Positions 16,085-24,416 of a stretch of 26,061 nt of DNA are shown piece by piece. Below the pieces are notes generated by a model. The model was not told where the DNA came from. It saw only the letters and a list, made by a program, of their open reading frames with translations, and searched no databases. The position numbers and the translations under genes are program-made. Source of the DNA: a virus; UHGV virus genome UHGV-0036034. One strand, written 5' to 3'. Each line of letters begins with the position of its first letter. Positions within the stretch are counted from its first letter, which is position 1.

Positions 16085-16689
16085 CAGGACAACCTCGCAA
16101 TGGTAAACTCGTCAACCGGTGGCTGTGGTTCCTGTGATTCATTCTGGCTATGCGAGCCAGCACTAAGAATCACGCTATTGTACATATTGAGGGCAAACGT
16201 ACCGAGGTCTGCATTCCCAGTCAGCGCCATGTTAATAGCTGCCGCAAGACGCCAGGCTAACGCCTCCATAAAAATGGCATCAAACATGTTCACATCTGAA
16301 ACGCGAGAGACATACTTGAGCCATGCCTGAGGCTGGTCTGTGTAGATCAACTTTCCTGTTCCGTTGGTGTCTGCACCAACTTCGTACTGAACGCGCATTG
16401 ATGCTGTTGGATTGCGTACACCAGGAAGCATAATTTCAGTAATGCGCAGACAATCTGACGGGTATTGGTACGCATATTCCCAGTCAGGCGGTGGATTGCT
16501 CGTATCTGCAAGCGCCACGCGTTTGGTAGCAAAGTTCCAGTCAAAATCAGAAAGCACAGCATCACGGCAGGCCTCAAAGTGCAGCGAACATTCCCCCGCT
16601 TCCTTGCTGGCTTCCGTCAGGCTGTTAATGCTGCGGCTGTTGCCAATATTGGACAGCGCACGATTACAGATCTCTACTACAGAGGCCAT
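16084..16689 (-). CDS. Tail tubular protein A (adaptor/gatekeeper), T7 gp11-like
   Basis: 201 aa. N-terminal region ICNRALSNIGNSRSINSL...FEACRDAVLSDFDWNF parallels T7 gp11 (...VNDILASIGEPPVSTL...INRQIQSRGWTF). Immediately precedes the nozzle gene. Confidence 0.6.
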   Translation of the reverse strand: MASVVEICNRALSNIGNSRSINSLTEASKEAGECSLHFEACRDAVLSDFDWNFATKRVALADTSNPPPDWEYAYQYPSDCLRITEIMLPGVRNPTASMRVQYEVGADTNGTGKLIYTDQPQAWLKYVSRVSDVNMFDAIFMEALAWRLAAAINMALTGNADLGTFALNMYNSVILSAGSHSQNESQEPQPPVDEFTIARLS

Positions 16690-17012
16690 CGCTCACCTCC
16701 GTTACCGTACAGAGTTTCAGCCGCTGATTTTTCTACATCCCCGGAAACAGGAGCGATCGCCATATCAGTGATCTGCAGATCGGCGCTGCGATTAACGCCA
16801 TCGTCAGTTTCTCTGGCAGACAGGCCTCGAATAACAGCCTTTGCAGTTATCATCACTTCTGTTCCGACGCCCTTAGGTTGCGCCTTCAGCTTATTCAATG
16901 TGTCGTTATTCAGCGTGATGCACAGCCCCCACGGGTATTCATCGCGAGTTCTGGTTTCTCCGCTCTCATCCTGGTAGCTGTCAGTGCCGGTTTTGAGGTT
17001 TACGAGTTCCAT
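16677..17012 (-). CDS. Hypothetical structural protein (about 111 aa)
   Basis: ATG at 17012 with AGGAG RBS (the track ORF starts at an upstream GTG). Lies between the head genes and the tail adaptor. Confidence 0.5.
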   Translation of the reverse strand: MELVNLKTGTDSYQDESGETRTRDEYPWGLCITLNNDTLNKLKAQPKGVGTEVMITAKAVIRGLSARETDDGVNRSADLQITDMAIAPVSGDVEKSAAETLYGNGGERWPL

Positions 17013-17028
17013 ATACACTCCTGCAATA

Positions 17029-17046
17029 AAGGGGCCGAAGCCCCTT
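17029..17046 (-). terminator. Internal intrinsic terminator/attenuator between head and tail gene blocks
   Basis: AAGGGGC-CGAA-GCCCCTT hairpin, followed on the minus strand by TTTATT just before the AGGAG RBS of the next gene. Confidence 0.45.
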
Positions 17047-17062
17047 GTCTGATCCGCGAGGC

Positions 17063-17398
17063 TTACACGCCCAGTTCTTTACGCTTATCTGCGATCTTCT
17101 CGCGGAGCGTTTCGGCTTTGGCGTTATGGTGTGGCTTCTCGTTAAAGAGCAATTCGTACTCTTCACGGAGCTTATCCAGTTCACCATCATCTGACACATC
17201 GTTGATGATTTTGGTGCTGGTTGCTGCCATTGACACCTTTCCTGCAACTTTTGCTTTTGCCTGTCTGGCTGCATCGTTAACAGGTTCCAGTGCGCTACCA
17301 GGCTCACCTTCGTATTCGATTTCTGCCCCCTCCGGCCACAGAGTGTTATGGATATGAGAGAGGCGCAGAACGCGGTATCTTGGTTTCTCACCTGACAT
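17063..17398 (-). CDS. Hypothetical protein (about 111 aa), acidic with helical C-terminus
   Basis: ATG at 17398 with AGGTGA RBS at a 6-nt spacing. Lies in the head-gene block. Confidence 0.5.
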   Translation of the reverse strand: MSGEKPRYRVLRLSHIHNTLWPEGAEIEYEGEPGSALEPVNDAARQAKAKVAGKVSMAATSTKIINDVSDDGELDKLREEYELLFNEKPHHNAKAETLREKIADKRKELGV

Positions 17399-17408
17399 CG
17401 ATATCACC

Positions 17409-17846
17409 TTAACCAGTTACTTTTGAGCGGATCGGGTACGGCGTATTGGCATCAACATCAAGACTGATACCAGCAGTGAATTCGCCAGCCGTTAGTGGGC
17501 CAGTTGCGACGGAGTAGTTAACACGCAGATATCGCTGAACACCGGCAGGCACCTTTGCAGAAACAACTCGTTTACCTGCTGTCAGGGCGGTCTTTGCCAG
17601 TGCGCCACTATCATAAATAGTGGTCCATGAGCTGTTATTCTCACTCGTCTGCAACTGGATGTTTACAGTTGCATCACCGCTTGCCGCGGCGGCTGTGTTA
17701 ACCAGCGCCCAAAACTCAAGCGGGTAACCAACGCCGATATCACGACGTTTTCCGTCAATTGGACCGAGATCGATTACGTCAGTAGAAGCCGCGGTATTCG
17801 TAACCGCCTGTGCTTCGGAGAACATCAACAGTTTGTCGGTGATCAT
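17409..17846 (-). CDS. Candidate capsid decoration or other minor head protein (145 aa)
   Basis: GGAGAAAG RBS. Directly downstream of the major capsid gene. Beta-rich T/S/A/V composition. Function is positional inference only. Confidence 0.5.
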   Translation of the reverse strand: MITDKLLMFSEAQAVTNTAASTDVIDLGPIDGKRRDIGVGYPLEFWALVNTAAAASGDATVNIQLQTSENNSSWTTIYDSGALAKTALTAGKRVVSAKVPAGVQRYLRVNYSVATGPLTAGEFTAGISLDVDANTPYPIRSKVTG

Positions 17847-17897
17847 CTTCTTTCTCCATTAGTGGGTCTGTTACGACCCACAGGTTAATAACAGGCG

Positions 17898-18884
17898 TTA
17901 CACCACGCGGGCTTCTGTTTCCAGAAGCGCATCAGTTTCACGGATTGGTACACCACGGAATGACGTCCACCACTCGCCTTCAGTCTCTTTTACGCTAATC
18001 GCCAGAGATGTTTTCTCCAGAGACTGCAGATCAAGAGCCTGGCCTACAGTGCGGTTCATGTAGAACACCGGGCGGCCCATGCCACGGTTTGGAATGCGAT
18101 GCAGTGCTTTAACCATCAACTTCGCAATATTTGCGGCAGAGGAAGGTTCTGAAAGATTGCTGACATCGATGTTTGCAATGCGAACAACATAACGCCAGTC
18201 ACGCAGAGCAAGTCCGTTGTCCCATTTGTAATGGGTACGGTAGCCTTCGTACTTGCCGCCATTAGCATCTTCCAGTGTCACCTGGCCTTTATCTTCCATC
18301 TGGATGCCAGCCTTCTGCCCTTTCGGGAAGATGCCATGCACGGTGTTTTCGCCCCACACCACTAACCAGATTGAGGTGTTATCTGTACCCGTGCCACCAG
18401 CATCAATGATGTTCTGAGCATTACCCGCAGACAGGCTGGAATAGCGGGAGGACAGTCCCATAAACTGCTGAGGGTTAACGCTGGAGTCACCATAAAACAG
18501 CGTCTGCGCCATCTGCTGATTCATCGCTTCAATAAATGCGCGGTCTTCAGACAGGCGGAATTCGGCGGTATTACCGTTCAGATCAGCCAGTGACTTATCG
18601 ACTTCAGCATAGGTTTCCAGCATGCCAACGGAGTCGGTGACCTGCACTGTGGTTGATTTGCTTGGCTGTACGCCATAGTTCAGCAAACGCCAGGTGGCTG
18701 AAGGTAAACCAGAACGAATGGTGGTTCGGTGTCCGGTAGGAAGGTTCCCTTCGACAAAAGGCATATCCTGAAGGATCGGGTTAGTTTGACCGAGAAGCTC
18801 GATAATCTTATCGACTTTCCCGTTTAGATCGACGCGCTTACCCCAGTCAGCCAGCGTTAGCGCAGTTAAGCCTTTAACAGACAT
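17898..18884 (-). CDS. Major capsid protein
   Basis: 328-aa ORF directly after the scaffold gene. Size and position match a major capsid protein of a tailed phage. Confidence 0.75.
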   Translation of the reverse strand: MSVKGLTALTLADWGKRVDLNGKVDKIIELLGQTNPILQDMPFVEGNLPTGHRTTIRSGLPSATWRLLNYGVQPSKSTTVQVTDSVGMLETYAEVDKSLADLNGNTAEFRLSEDRAFIEAMNQQMAQTLFYGDSSVNPQQFMGLSSRYSSLSAGNAQNIIDAGGTGTDNTSIWLVVWGENTVHGIFPKGQKAGIQMEDKGQVTLEDANGGKYEGYRTHYKWDNGLALRDWRYVVRIANIDVSNLSEPSSAANIAKLMVKALHRIPNRGMGRPVFYMNRTVGQALDLQSLEKTSLAISVKETEGEWWTSFRGVPIRETDALLETEARVV

Positions 18885-18898
18885 TGTTATTTCCTCTC

Positions 18899-19600
18899 TT
18901 ATTTGCCATAGAGCACTTCGGCCGCACTACGCTGGCCTTCATTACCACCGGTGACCATGCCATCTTCAGACATCGCCTTTCCGATTTTCACGAACGTTTT
19001 GACCAGATCAGGGTGATTACCCAGCCCGGTGGTGTTCAGATATTCTTTGAGTTCAGGTGTCCCGAACTGGTCAAGCGCACGCTGTGCGGCGCTAAGGTTA
19101 GAAATCAACTTGTCGCCACCGATTTCTTTGTCAGCTTTTACATCCGCAGCCCACTGCTCGGTTGTTTTCTGCCAGGCTTCTGCCTGGCGCTGCTGAACAC
19201 CTGCCAGAATCTTCGGATAAGCATCAACCAGCTTTTGCGCTTGCTCGTTGGTCAGGTTAAGTTCTCGCGCCACCGGCTCGAATTCCTTCAACGCTTCTGT
19301 ATCCAGCTCTACGCCTTCGGCAGCCTGAAACTCGTACTTCTCAGGAGCACCCTCTGGTTTATCGCCGTTCTTTTTTTCACCCTGCTTATCGTTTTCAGGC
19401 TTTTTGTCATCAGCAGGTTTATCGCCATCAGCAACAGGTTGTGGCTTATCACCTTCCTGTTGTGATGGATCACCAACTGGAGCAGGGTTATCACCTGCAT
19501 GCGCTGACGGTTCTGACGCAGCCGGAGCTGCCCCGCCATCGGCTGGCTGCTCATTGCAAAGACGGCGATACAGCAAACGCTCAAATAAATTCATGATCAC
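18899..19600 (-). CDS. Scaffolding protein
   Basis: 233 aa, highly acidic and Pro/Lys/Glu/Asp-rich low-complexity N-terminal half with a helical C-terminal half. Sits between portal and capsid genes; its start overlaps the portal stop. Confidence 0.65.
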   Translation of the reverse strand: MIMNLFERLLYRRLCNEQPADGGAAPAASEPSAHAGDNPAPVGDPSQQEGDKPQPVADGDKPADDKKPENDKQGEKKNGDKPEGAPEKYEFQAAEGVELDTEALKEFEPVARELNLTNEQAQKLVDAYPKILAGVQQRQAEAWQKTTEQWAADVKADKEIGGDKLISNLSAAQRALDQFGTPELKEYLNTTGLGNHPDLVKTFVKIGKAMSEDGMVTGGNEGQRSAAEVLYGK

Positions 19601-21570
19601 TCCTGTTCACTGGCCTCTTTGGCCATCTTCAAATACTGTTCAGGGCAATGAGCCATAACGCGCTGAAACAGTTCCAGCGCCAGATTGCGTTGCCCCTCAT
19701 TAAATGCCATTGCCATAGCGTCCATCGGTGAGATAGCGGAAAACACACGGCCTTTCTCCAGCACCGACCAGACAACGCGACGCCCCTGTTCACTGCTCAT
19801 GACAAAGCGAATGTCATCAATTTCACGCTTCGCCATGTCACGTTGCTTACGGGCGTTTTCTTCTTTCAGTTGATCGTCTTCGTAATCTGTCATTGTGATT
19901 GCCCCCCCCTGACCACTAACTGCATTCGCCATAGCTGACAAAACACTCGGATCCGAAGTTTTAGCTTCGCTTAGCGTCTTGGCACCCTGTGCCGCCGCCA
20001 TCCCCATCGCCATCATTTGTTGCTGCTGTTGCTGCTGTGCCCGTTGCTGGCGAGCCTGCTCAACCTGTTCCTGCGGAACAATAACGGTTGGAGACACTCC
20101 GGACATATCAGCGAATGCATCGATCGCCTGATCAACGTTGAGTTTGTCGAGAGCTTCTGGTTTCGCTTGCGCAAGTTGACCAATGAAGTTAACCGTGGAC
20201 GCCAGACTGGACAGGCCGATAGACTTCTGCGCCTGAGCCATGACGGAAATGTATTCGACCTTCAGGGGCATGCCTTCCATCGCGTCAGGCGGTGGCGGCA
20301 GCATGTTTTTACGCACCATCATCGAGAAAGCGCGGTCAATGAGAGGATTAAGACATTCGTCGTTCAGACGCTCCAGAACCGGCCCCAACATCAGAAGTTT
20401 TTCTTCTTTCATTTCGATCACCGCTTCAACAGGCATCGAGCGGGTATTGATGTTCTGCAACATCATGAACAGATCGACAAAGTAGGCGCTGTTAATGATT
20501 TGACGAGTGTCCTGAATGTCTGCCACCAAATCTGCTGTACTGGGGTTAACCAGATAAGCAGGCCTGAAGCCATCCTGACCAGTAATCTGATCGATATACG
20601 TGATGTCGCCAGGAAGAAGGGAGGCTCGCTGATTCTTGAGGGAAGTCGGAGCAACCATCGGCGGATTGGTGGCTTTATCAATCAACTGCGACTTGCGCTT
20701 CTGGAGAAGCTGCAATGCCTTAACAGGTCCAAGAGCCAGCATACCCGGGCATGATGATCCATAAACATCTTCGCCGTTAACTTCCCAGCGCGGAGCCATA
20801 ATTGGAAACTCATCGAATCCGGACTCACGCAACAACTTGTCGTTATCGCCACCAACCTCGTAATAAACCGATTTGAATGGCTTGTTCTTGCTATCCAGCT
20901 TCGATGTATCGCGGTCAATGTTCGGGTAAACCGAGTGCATCACTTCAATCCACTTCTCGTAGGTGCCGCTTTCCCACATGCTTTTTACGTATTCGCTGAC
21001 GTTATTTAGCCCGAACTCCTGAACAAGCTGACGAACAGTCATAGAGAACTTGCGAAAACAGGTGTCCACACTGCCACGAGGTGAGTTAGCCAGGTAGTAA
21101 CTGCCTATCGGGAATGGCATTGTGCGAATAATGTCCTCGTCATCCTCCAGCACCGCCATTGCACCAGTGCTGTATGTTCCGAGGCTTCCGTATAACTGCG
21201 GCAGCGACTGATAGAGATTCGACTTATTGAACATATCGTTCATGCGGTTCTGCACCGCCTCAAGCCACAACTTAACAGGGCCATAATCCATCATTTCAGG
21301 ATCTGGCGTAGCCAGACGAAACCACGGACGCGCGGGGCTTGTGATGCCTGACATCATGCCGCTGGCGAGAGTGCGCGCCGCCATAGTCCCGGTCGAATCA
21401 ATAATGCGTGTATTCCGTCGATCGTTACGATTGACCTCAGAAGTCAGAAAGCGGGAACCACGCGGGTTGATGTAATCACTCAACTCGCGCCAGTGCGGCT
21501 CGAACGACTGACGCTCGCTTTCAAGTTGTGCGAACTGTTTGTTCAATCGCTCTTTAGTTGTTTCCGCCAT
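19597..21570 (-). CDS. Portal protein
   Basis: 657-aa ORF placed after the terminase and before scaffold and capsid. Size and position typical of a portal. Confidence 0.75.
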   Translation of the reverse strand: MAETTKERLNKQFAQLESERQSFEPHWRELSDYINPRGSRFLTSEVNRNDRRNTRIIDSTGTMAARTLASGMMSGITSPARPWFRLATPDPEMMDYGPVKLWLEAVQNRMNDMFNKSNLYQSLPQLYGSLGTYSTGAMAVLEDDEDIIRTMPFPIGSYYLANSPRGSVDTCFRKFSMTVRQLVQEFGLNNVSEYVKSMWESGTYEKWIEVMHSVYPNIDRDTSKLDSKNKPFKSVYYEVGGDNDKLLRESGFDEFPIMAPRWEVNGEDVYGSSCPGMLALGPVKALQLLQKRKSQLIDKATNPPMVAPTSLKNQRASLLPGDITYIDQITGQDGFRPAYLVNPSTADLVADIQDTRQIINSAYFVDLFMMLQNINTRSMPVEAVIEMKEEKLLMLGPVLERLNDECLNPLIDRAFSMMVRKNMLPPPPDAMEGMPLKVEYISVMAQAQKSIGLSSLASTVNFIGQLAQAKPEALDKLNVDQAIDAFADMSGVSPTVIVPQEQVEQARQQRAQQQQQQQMMAMGMAAAQGAKTLSEAKTSDPSVLSAMANAVSGQGGAITMTDYEDDQLKEENARKQRDMAKREIDDIRFVMSSEQGRRVVWSVLEKGRVFSAISPMDAMAMAFNEGQRNLALELFQRVMAHCPEQYLKMAKEASEQE

Positions 21571-21584
21571 TTCAATGACTCCGG

Positions 21585-21791
21585 TTACTGACCAAGCAGC
21601 GTTTTACCGCTGGTATTAGCGGTTGATGTGTCGCCCTGAGAACCGGTAAGCAGCGTAGAACTACGACCAGCAGCAGCGCGACGGCGACGTGTTTCTTCGT
21701 CGCGGGCATCAACAACGGCGGCATCCTGCTCCTGTGGTGCTGCCTGAACTTCTGGTGTTGCAGGCACTGATGGTGAGCTACCCATGCACAT
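21585..21791 (-). CDS. Small hypothetical protein (68 aa) upstream of portal
   Basis: ATG with GGAG RBS at an 8-nt spacing. Charged low-complexity protein. The alternative overlapping frame 21572..21811 looks like a shadow ORF. Confidence 0.45.
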   Translation of the reverse strand: MCMGSSPSVPATPEVQAAPQEQDAAVVDARDEETRRRRAAAGRSSTLLTGSQGDTSTANTSGKTLLGQ

Positions 21792-21852
21792 ATCAATGAC
21801 TCCGTACGCAATTAAATTATTACCAATTTAACCACATATGATTTATTTATCG

Positions 21853-21896
21853 TAGACAGTTGACATTTAACGCACGAATTATTACCTTTCAGGTAA
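21853..21896 (+). promoter_or_regulatory. Promoter-like element with 15-bp inverted-repeat site (copy B)
   Basis: TAGACA (21853-21858) and consensus TTGACA (21860-21865), about 17 bp, then TTACCTTTCAGGTAA (21882-21896). Lies in an AT-rich divergent intergenic region. Confidence 0.4.
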
Positions 21897-22218
21897 CCAA
21901 AGAGTTCATTCCGGTTACTAACCTGACTGGCTTGTCGTTAAATTGAACTGGTGGAGTGAGCTTTTATTTTGAGCAGTACGGCGTATGGCACATGCGCCGA
22001 TAGCGGTCTGGATACGTTTAAGGGGCACCCTCCCTTGCTCGGGCAAACGAACCAGGTAGCCGGAATGTGCAAGTCGAGCGGTTTTATTCCGCGCACGGGG
22101 ATTCACCATCCCGGCGATTCGGTGTGACGCCTCGGAAGAGACGAGGGTACAACGATGAGAGCATTTATGGAGCCGCGACAAAGTGTGGTGCCTTAACAGG
22201 CTAAGTGCTCTCAGCGTT

Positions 22219-22295
22219 GTGGCATTAGCTCAGTCGGACAGAGCAACCGCCTTCTAAGCGGTTGGTCGCAGGTTCGAATCCTGCATGCCACGCCA
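22219..22295 (+). tRNA. tRNA-Arg (anticodon UCU), reads AGA
   Basis: 77-nt cloverleaf read directly: acceptor GTGGCAT/ATGCCAC, U8-A9, D stem GCTC/GAGC, anticodon stem ACCGC/GCGGT, loop CTTCTAA (anticodon TCT), 5-nt variable loop, T stem GCAGG/CCTGC with TTCGAAT loop, discriminator G, encoded CCA. Resembles the host argU-type tRNA. Confidence 0.9.
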
Positions 22296-22338
22296 GAATC
22301 ACGCCTAAGGACCGTGATGCCAGAAGTTCCAGGTGCTT

Positions 22339-22380
22339 GGCGGTGATGGTTTCCCTTGAAGGACTATCACCGCCCTTTTT
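22339..22380 (+). terminator. Intrinsic terminator downstream of the tRNA
   Basis: 9-bp stem GGCGGTGAT / ATCACCGCC followed by CTTTTT. Confidence 0.6.
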
Positions 22381-22458
22381 ACAGCAGGACGCCATTGCGA
22401 TGACTTCATGCTGTAAACCCGTACAGCCACGGAAGGCATAACTCATTGCTTCCAGTTC

Positions 22459-22482
22459 GCCCGGTTCGCCGGGCATTTTTTT
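22459..22482 (+). terminator. Hairpin plus T7 tract immediately upstream of the 22494 gene RBS (terminator or attenuator)
   Basis: GCCCGG-TTCG-CCGGGC followed by ATTTTTTT, then the AAGGTGAG RBS and ATG at 22494. Confidence 0.55.
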
Positions 22483-22493
22483 AAGGTGAGATT

Positions 22494-22850
22494 ATGAACG
22501 ACCAGCAAATCGAAAAAGAAATCGTTGAGAAAGGCAAAACCGCTCCGCGAGTTACGCCTCAATATATCGAAAGCATCATTCTTGAAGAGCATTTCTTTAC
22601 TGCTTATGACGGCATTCGTGCTGCCAATATGGGCGTTGGCGATTCATGGACAGCGCATAAATCTACAGACCTCCTGACTTTCTGCGTACTGGTGCTGAAG
22701 AATGGCTTCACCGTCACCGGAGAAAGCGCCTGTGCAAGCCCGGAAAACTTTGATGCAGAAATTGGTCGGAAGATTGCCCGGCAGAATGCTGTAAACAAAA
22801 TCTGGATGCTCGAAGGTTACTTGCTGAAGCAGAAGCTAAGCGAGCAATAA
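22494..22850 (+). CDS. Small conserved phage protein (118 aa); possibly N4 gp49 / Sf6 gp66-like family (recalled from memory, unverified)
   Basis: Strong RBS AAGGTGAG. Plus-strand gene inside the minus-strand structural block. Protein MNDQQIEKEIVEKGKTAPRVTPQYIESIILEEHFFTA...NGFTVTGESACASPENFDAEIGRKIARQNAVNKIW. The family assignment needs a profile search. Confidence 0.7.
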   Translation: MNDQQIEKEIVEKGKTAPRVTPQYIESIILEEHFFTAYDGIRAANMGVGDSWTAHKSTDLLTFCVLVLKNGFTVTGESACASPENFDAEIGRKIARQNAVNKIWMLEGYLLKQKLSEQ

Positions 22851-22854
22851 CACC

Positions 22855-22866
22855 GTGACATGTCAC
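22855..22866. repeat. 12-bp perfect palindrome GTGACATGTCAC, copy 2
   Basis: Exact 12-mer, 4 nt after the TAA of the 22494..22850 gene and 4 nt before the terminator hairpin; about 75 nt past the terminase large subunit stop. Confidence 0.9.
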
Positions 22867-22870
22867 AAAC

Positions 22871-22898
22871 AGCCAGCCTATGAGCTGGCTTTGTTTTA
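22871..22898 (+). terminator. Intrinsic terminator of the 22494..22850 gene
   Basis: AGCCAGC-CTATGA-GCTGGCT hairpin followed by TTGTTTTA. Confidence 0.6.
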
Positions 22899-22940
22899 TC
22901 CTCACCAGAGGATATCAACGACATTATCCCCACCAGCGGA

Positions 22941-24416
22941 TTAAGCATAGGGATCGTAATCTGTGATGGCCTTGCCTTGCTGGTTCTGCTGACCGGGAAT
23001 TCGCAGACGCTTCGACACAGGGAACGCAAACGTCAGCAGTAGCGCATCGCCTTTACCAGGAGAACGCCCAAGTCGCTCTTTGATATCTTCCTTCGGTTCG
23101 ATAACGATTTTACCGTCCACTCGAACTTTGTACTCTGCTGCCGACAGGTCGTCCGCTGTTTCCTGGTCATCAAGCATGCCGCCCAGCCTCAGCCATGTCT
23201 TGCATGAGTTGAACATCTCCCCACGCTTGTTGAGCATCTGCGGGTCAGTAGACGCGCCACCGAACTGAACAAGTTGCCATGTACGACCCCAGCCGTCACC
23301 GATTGACTTCAGACCAGTTCCGTAACCGAAGTCGATGAACACTGCGTCAGCCTGGTACTGGTCTTCAAAGTCAGCGATACGCTTCGCCATAATCAGATCG
23401 TCAGTGGTCTTGTTGCCGGTCCACAGCACCTTACTATGCAGCCCCTGCCGCAGGTATATCACAGCGTCATCAACACCGGAGTATGCCGGGTCAACGCCGA
23501 TTATCACCGGAGCATGTGCAACCTGCGCAGCGGTTACCACCCGTTTCATTGCCTCGTCAGTAAGGCCGGTAGGGATAAACTGCAATTCAGATGCATCCGG
23601 GAATATGCCGCGCACACGGATTTTAACGAAGTCGCTGTCTTCCCCGTAGTCATCAACCCATTTCTGCAACTGCTGTTTGTTAGTGCCTTCCACCGTCCGG
23701 CTGTCAATCTGCGCAGTTTTCCAGCGGTGTTTATATTTGCGGAAACATTCGCGAAAACGCCCGGTGTTACGTGTAGGGTTTCCGAACGCCACCCAGATAA
23801 TCTCAGTGTCTTCGTCCGTAAGCGCACCCTCGGCAACTTCCCACACCAGATCCGCAATGTTCGACGCTTCATCAAACACCACGATGATGCGTTTGCGCTC
23901 GTTGTGTAGTCCGGCGAATGCCTCGGTGTTGTGCTCAGACCAGGGGATTGCGTCAGCTCGCCACCGCTTGTCGTGCCCAGGATCATTGCTGTACATCGCG
24001 GTAGCGGTACAGGTAAACCAGTCTTTCGTGATAGCAAGGTTTGACCACTTGATAATTTCCGGCCAGGTCTTCGTTCGTAGCTGGTTGTCGGTGTTGGCGG
24101 TCACCACGACCTTACAATCCTCGCAAGTGGACATGCCCCAGTTGATCAGCATTGAGATGAATGCGGATTTACCAATACCGTGACCAGAAGCACGTGCCAG
24201 CATAAGCGGCTGATAACGCGTCTCTGGATTCTGCAGGTGATCACGTATCTCTCGGAACGCATCGGCCTGCCACTGACGTGGGCCGGTGGCATGTGCCAGT
24301 TCAGTCCCCTCTTCCCCCCACGGGAACGCATAGAGGGCATAGCCAAGCGGATCGTGAGTGAACCCTGCAATATCCTCGATTAACTGCTCTTCAGGAGATA
24401 ACGCTGTATCTGTCAC
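22941..24416 (-). CDS. Terminase large subunit
   Basis: 491-aa ORF with Walker A-like P-loop (ARASGHGIGKS) and Walker B-like IIVVFDEAS in the N-terminal ATPase half, and acidic nuclease-type residues in the C-terminal half. ATGA overlap with the small subunit. Confidence 0.85.
   Translation of the reverse strand: MTDTALSPEEQLIEDIAGFTHDPLGYALYAFPWGEEGTELAHATGPRQWQADAFREIRDHLQNPETRYQPLMLARASGHGIGKSAFISMLINWGMSTCEDCKVVVTANTDNQLRTKTWPEIIKWSNLAITKDWFTCTATAMYSNDPGHDKRWRADAIPWSEHNTEAFAGLHNERKRIIVVFDEASNIADLVWEVAEGALTDEDTEIIWVAFGNPTRNTGRFRECFRKYKHRWKTAQIDSRTVEGTNKQQLQKWVDDYGEDSDFVKIRVRGIFPDASELQFIPTGLTDEAMKRVVTAAQVAHAPVIIGVDPAYSGVDDAVIYLRQGLHSKVLWTGNKTTDDLIMAKRIADFEDQYQADAVFIDFGYGTGLKSIGDGWGRTWQLVQFGGASTDPQMLNKRGEMFNSCKTWLRLGGMLDDQETADDLSAAEYKVRVDGKIVIEPKEDIKERLGRSPGKGDALLLTFAFPVSKRLRIPGQQNQQGKAITDYDPYA

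Noticed and set aside
15641-16330. 229-aa plus-strand ORF overlapping the nozzle and adaptor genes
   Set aside because: Antisense to two strongly supported tail genes, spans their junction, and has no RBS or motif.
20017-20754. 245-aa plus-strand ORF inside the portal gene
   Set aside because: Antisense shadow of the portal gene with a low-complexity Leu/Arg/His-rich translation.
21572-21811. 79-aa alternative frame upstream of portal
   Set aside because: Overlaps the 68-aa frame that has a proper GGAG RBS; its hydrophobic Leu/Arg-rich translation looks like a shadow. Confidence in either frame is modest.
21918-22181. 87-aa minus-strand ORF in the intergenic region upstream of the tRNA
   Set aside because: Arg-rich, no RBS, and antisense to a hairpin-rich GC region; treated as non-coding, although that region is flagged as possible structured RNA.
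21897-22218. A second tRNA gene upstream of tRNA-Arg
   Set aside because: Searched for acceptor/T-arm patterns (GGTTCGAAT-like loops with matching 7-bp acceptor stems) on both strands and found none.
23436-24183. Several 100-170-aa ORFs on both strands inside the terminase large subunit gene
   Set aside because: Overlap a gene with clear Walker motifs; no independent signals.
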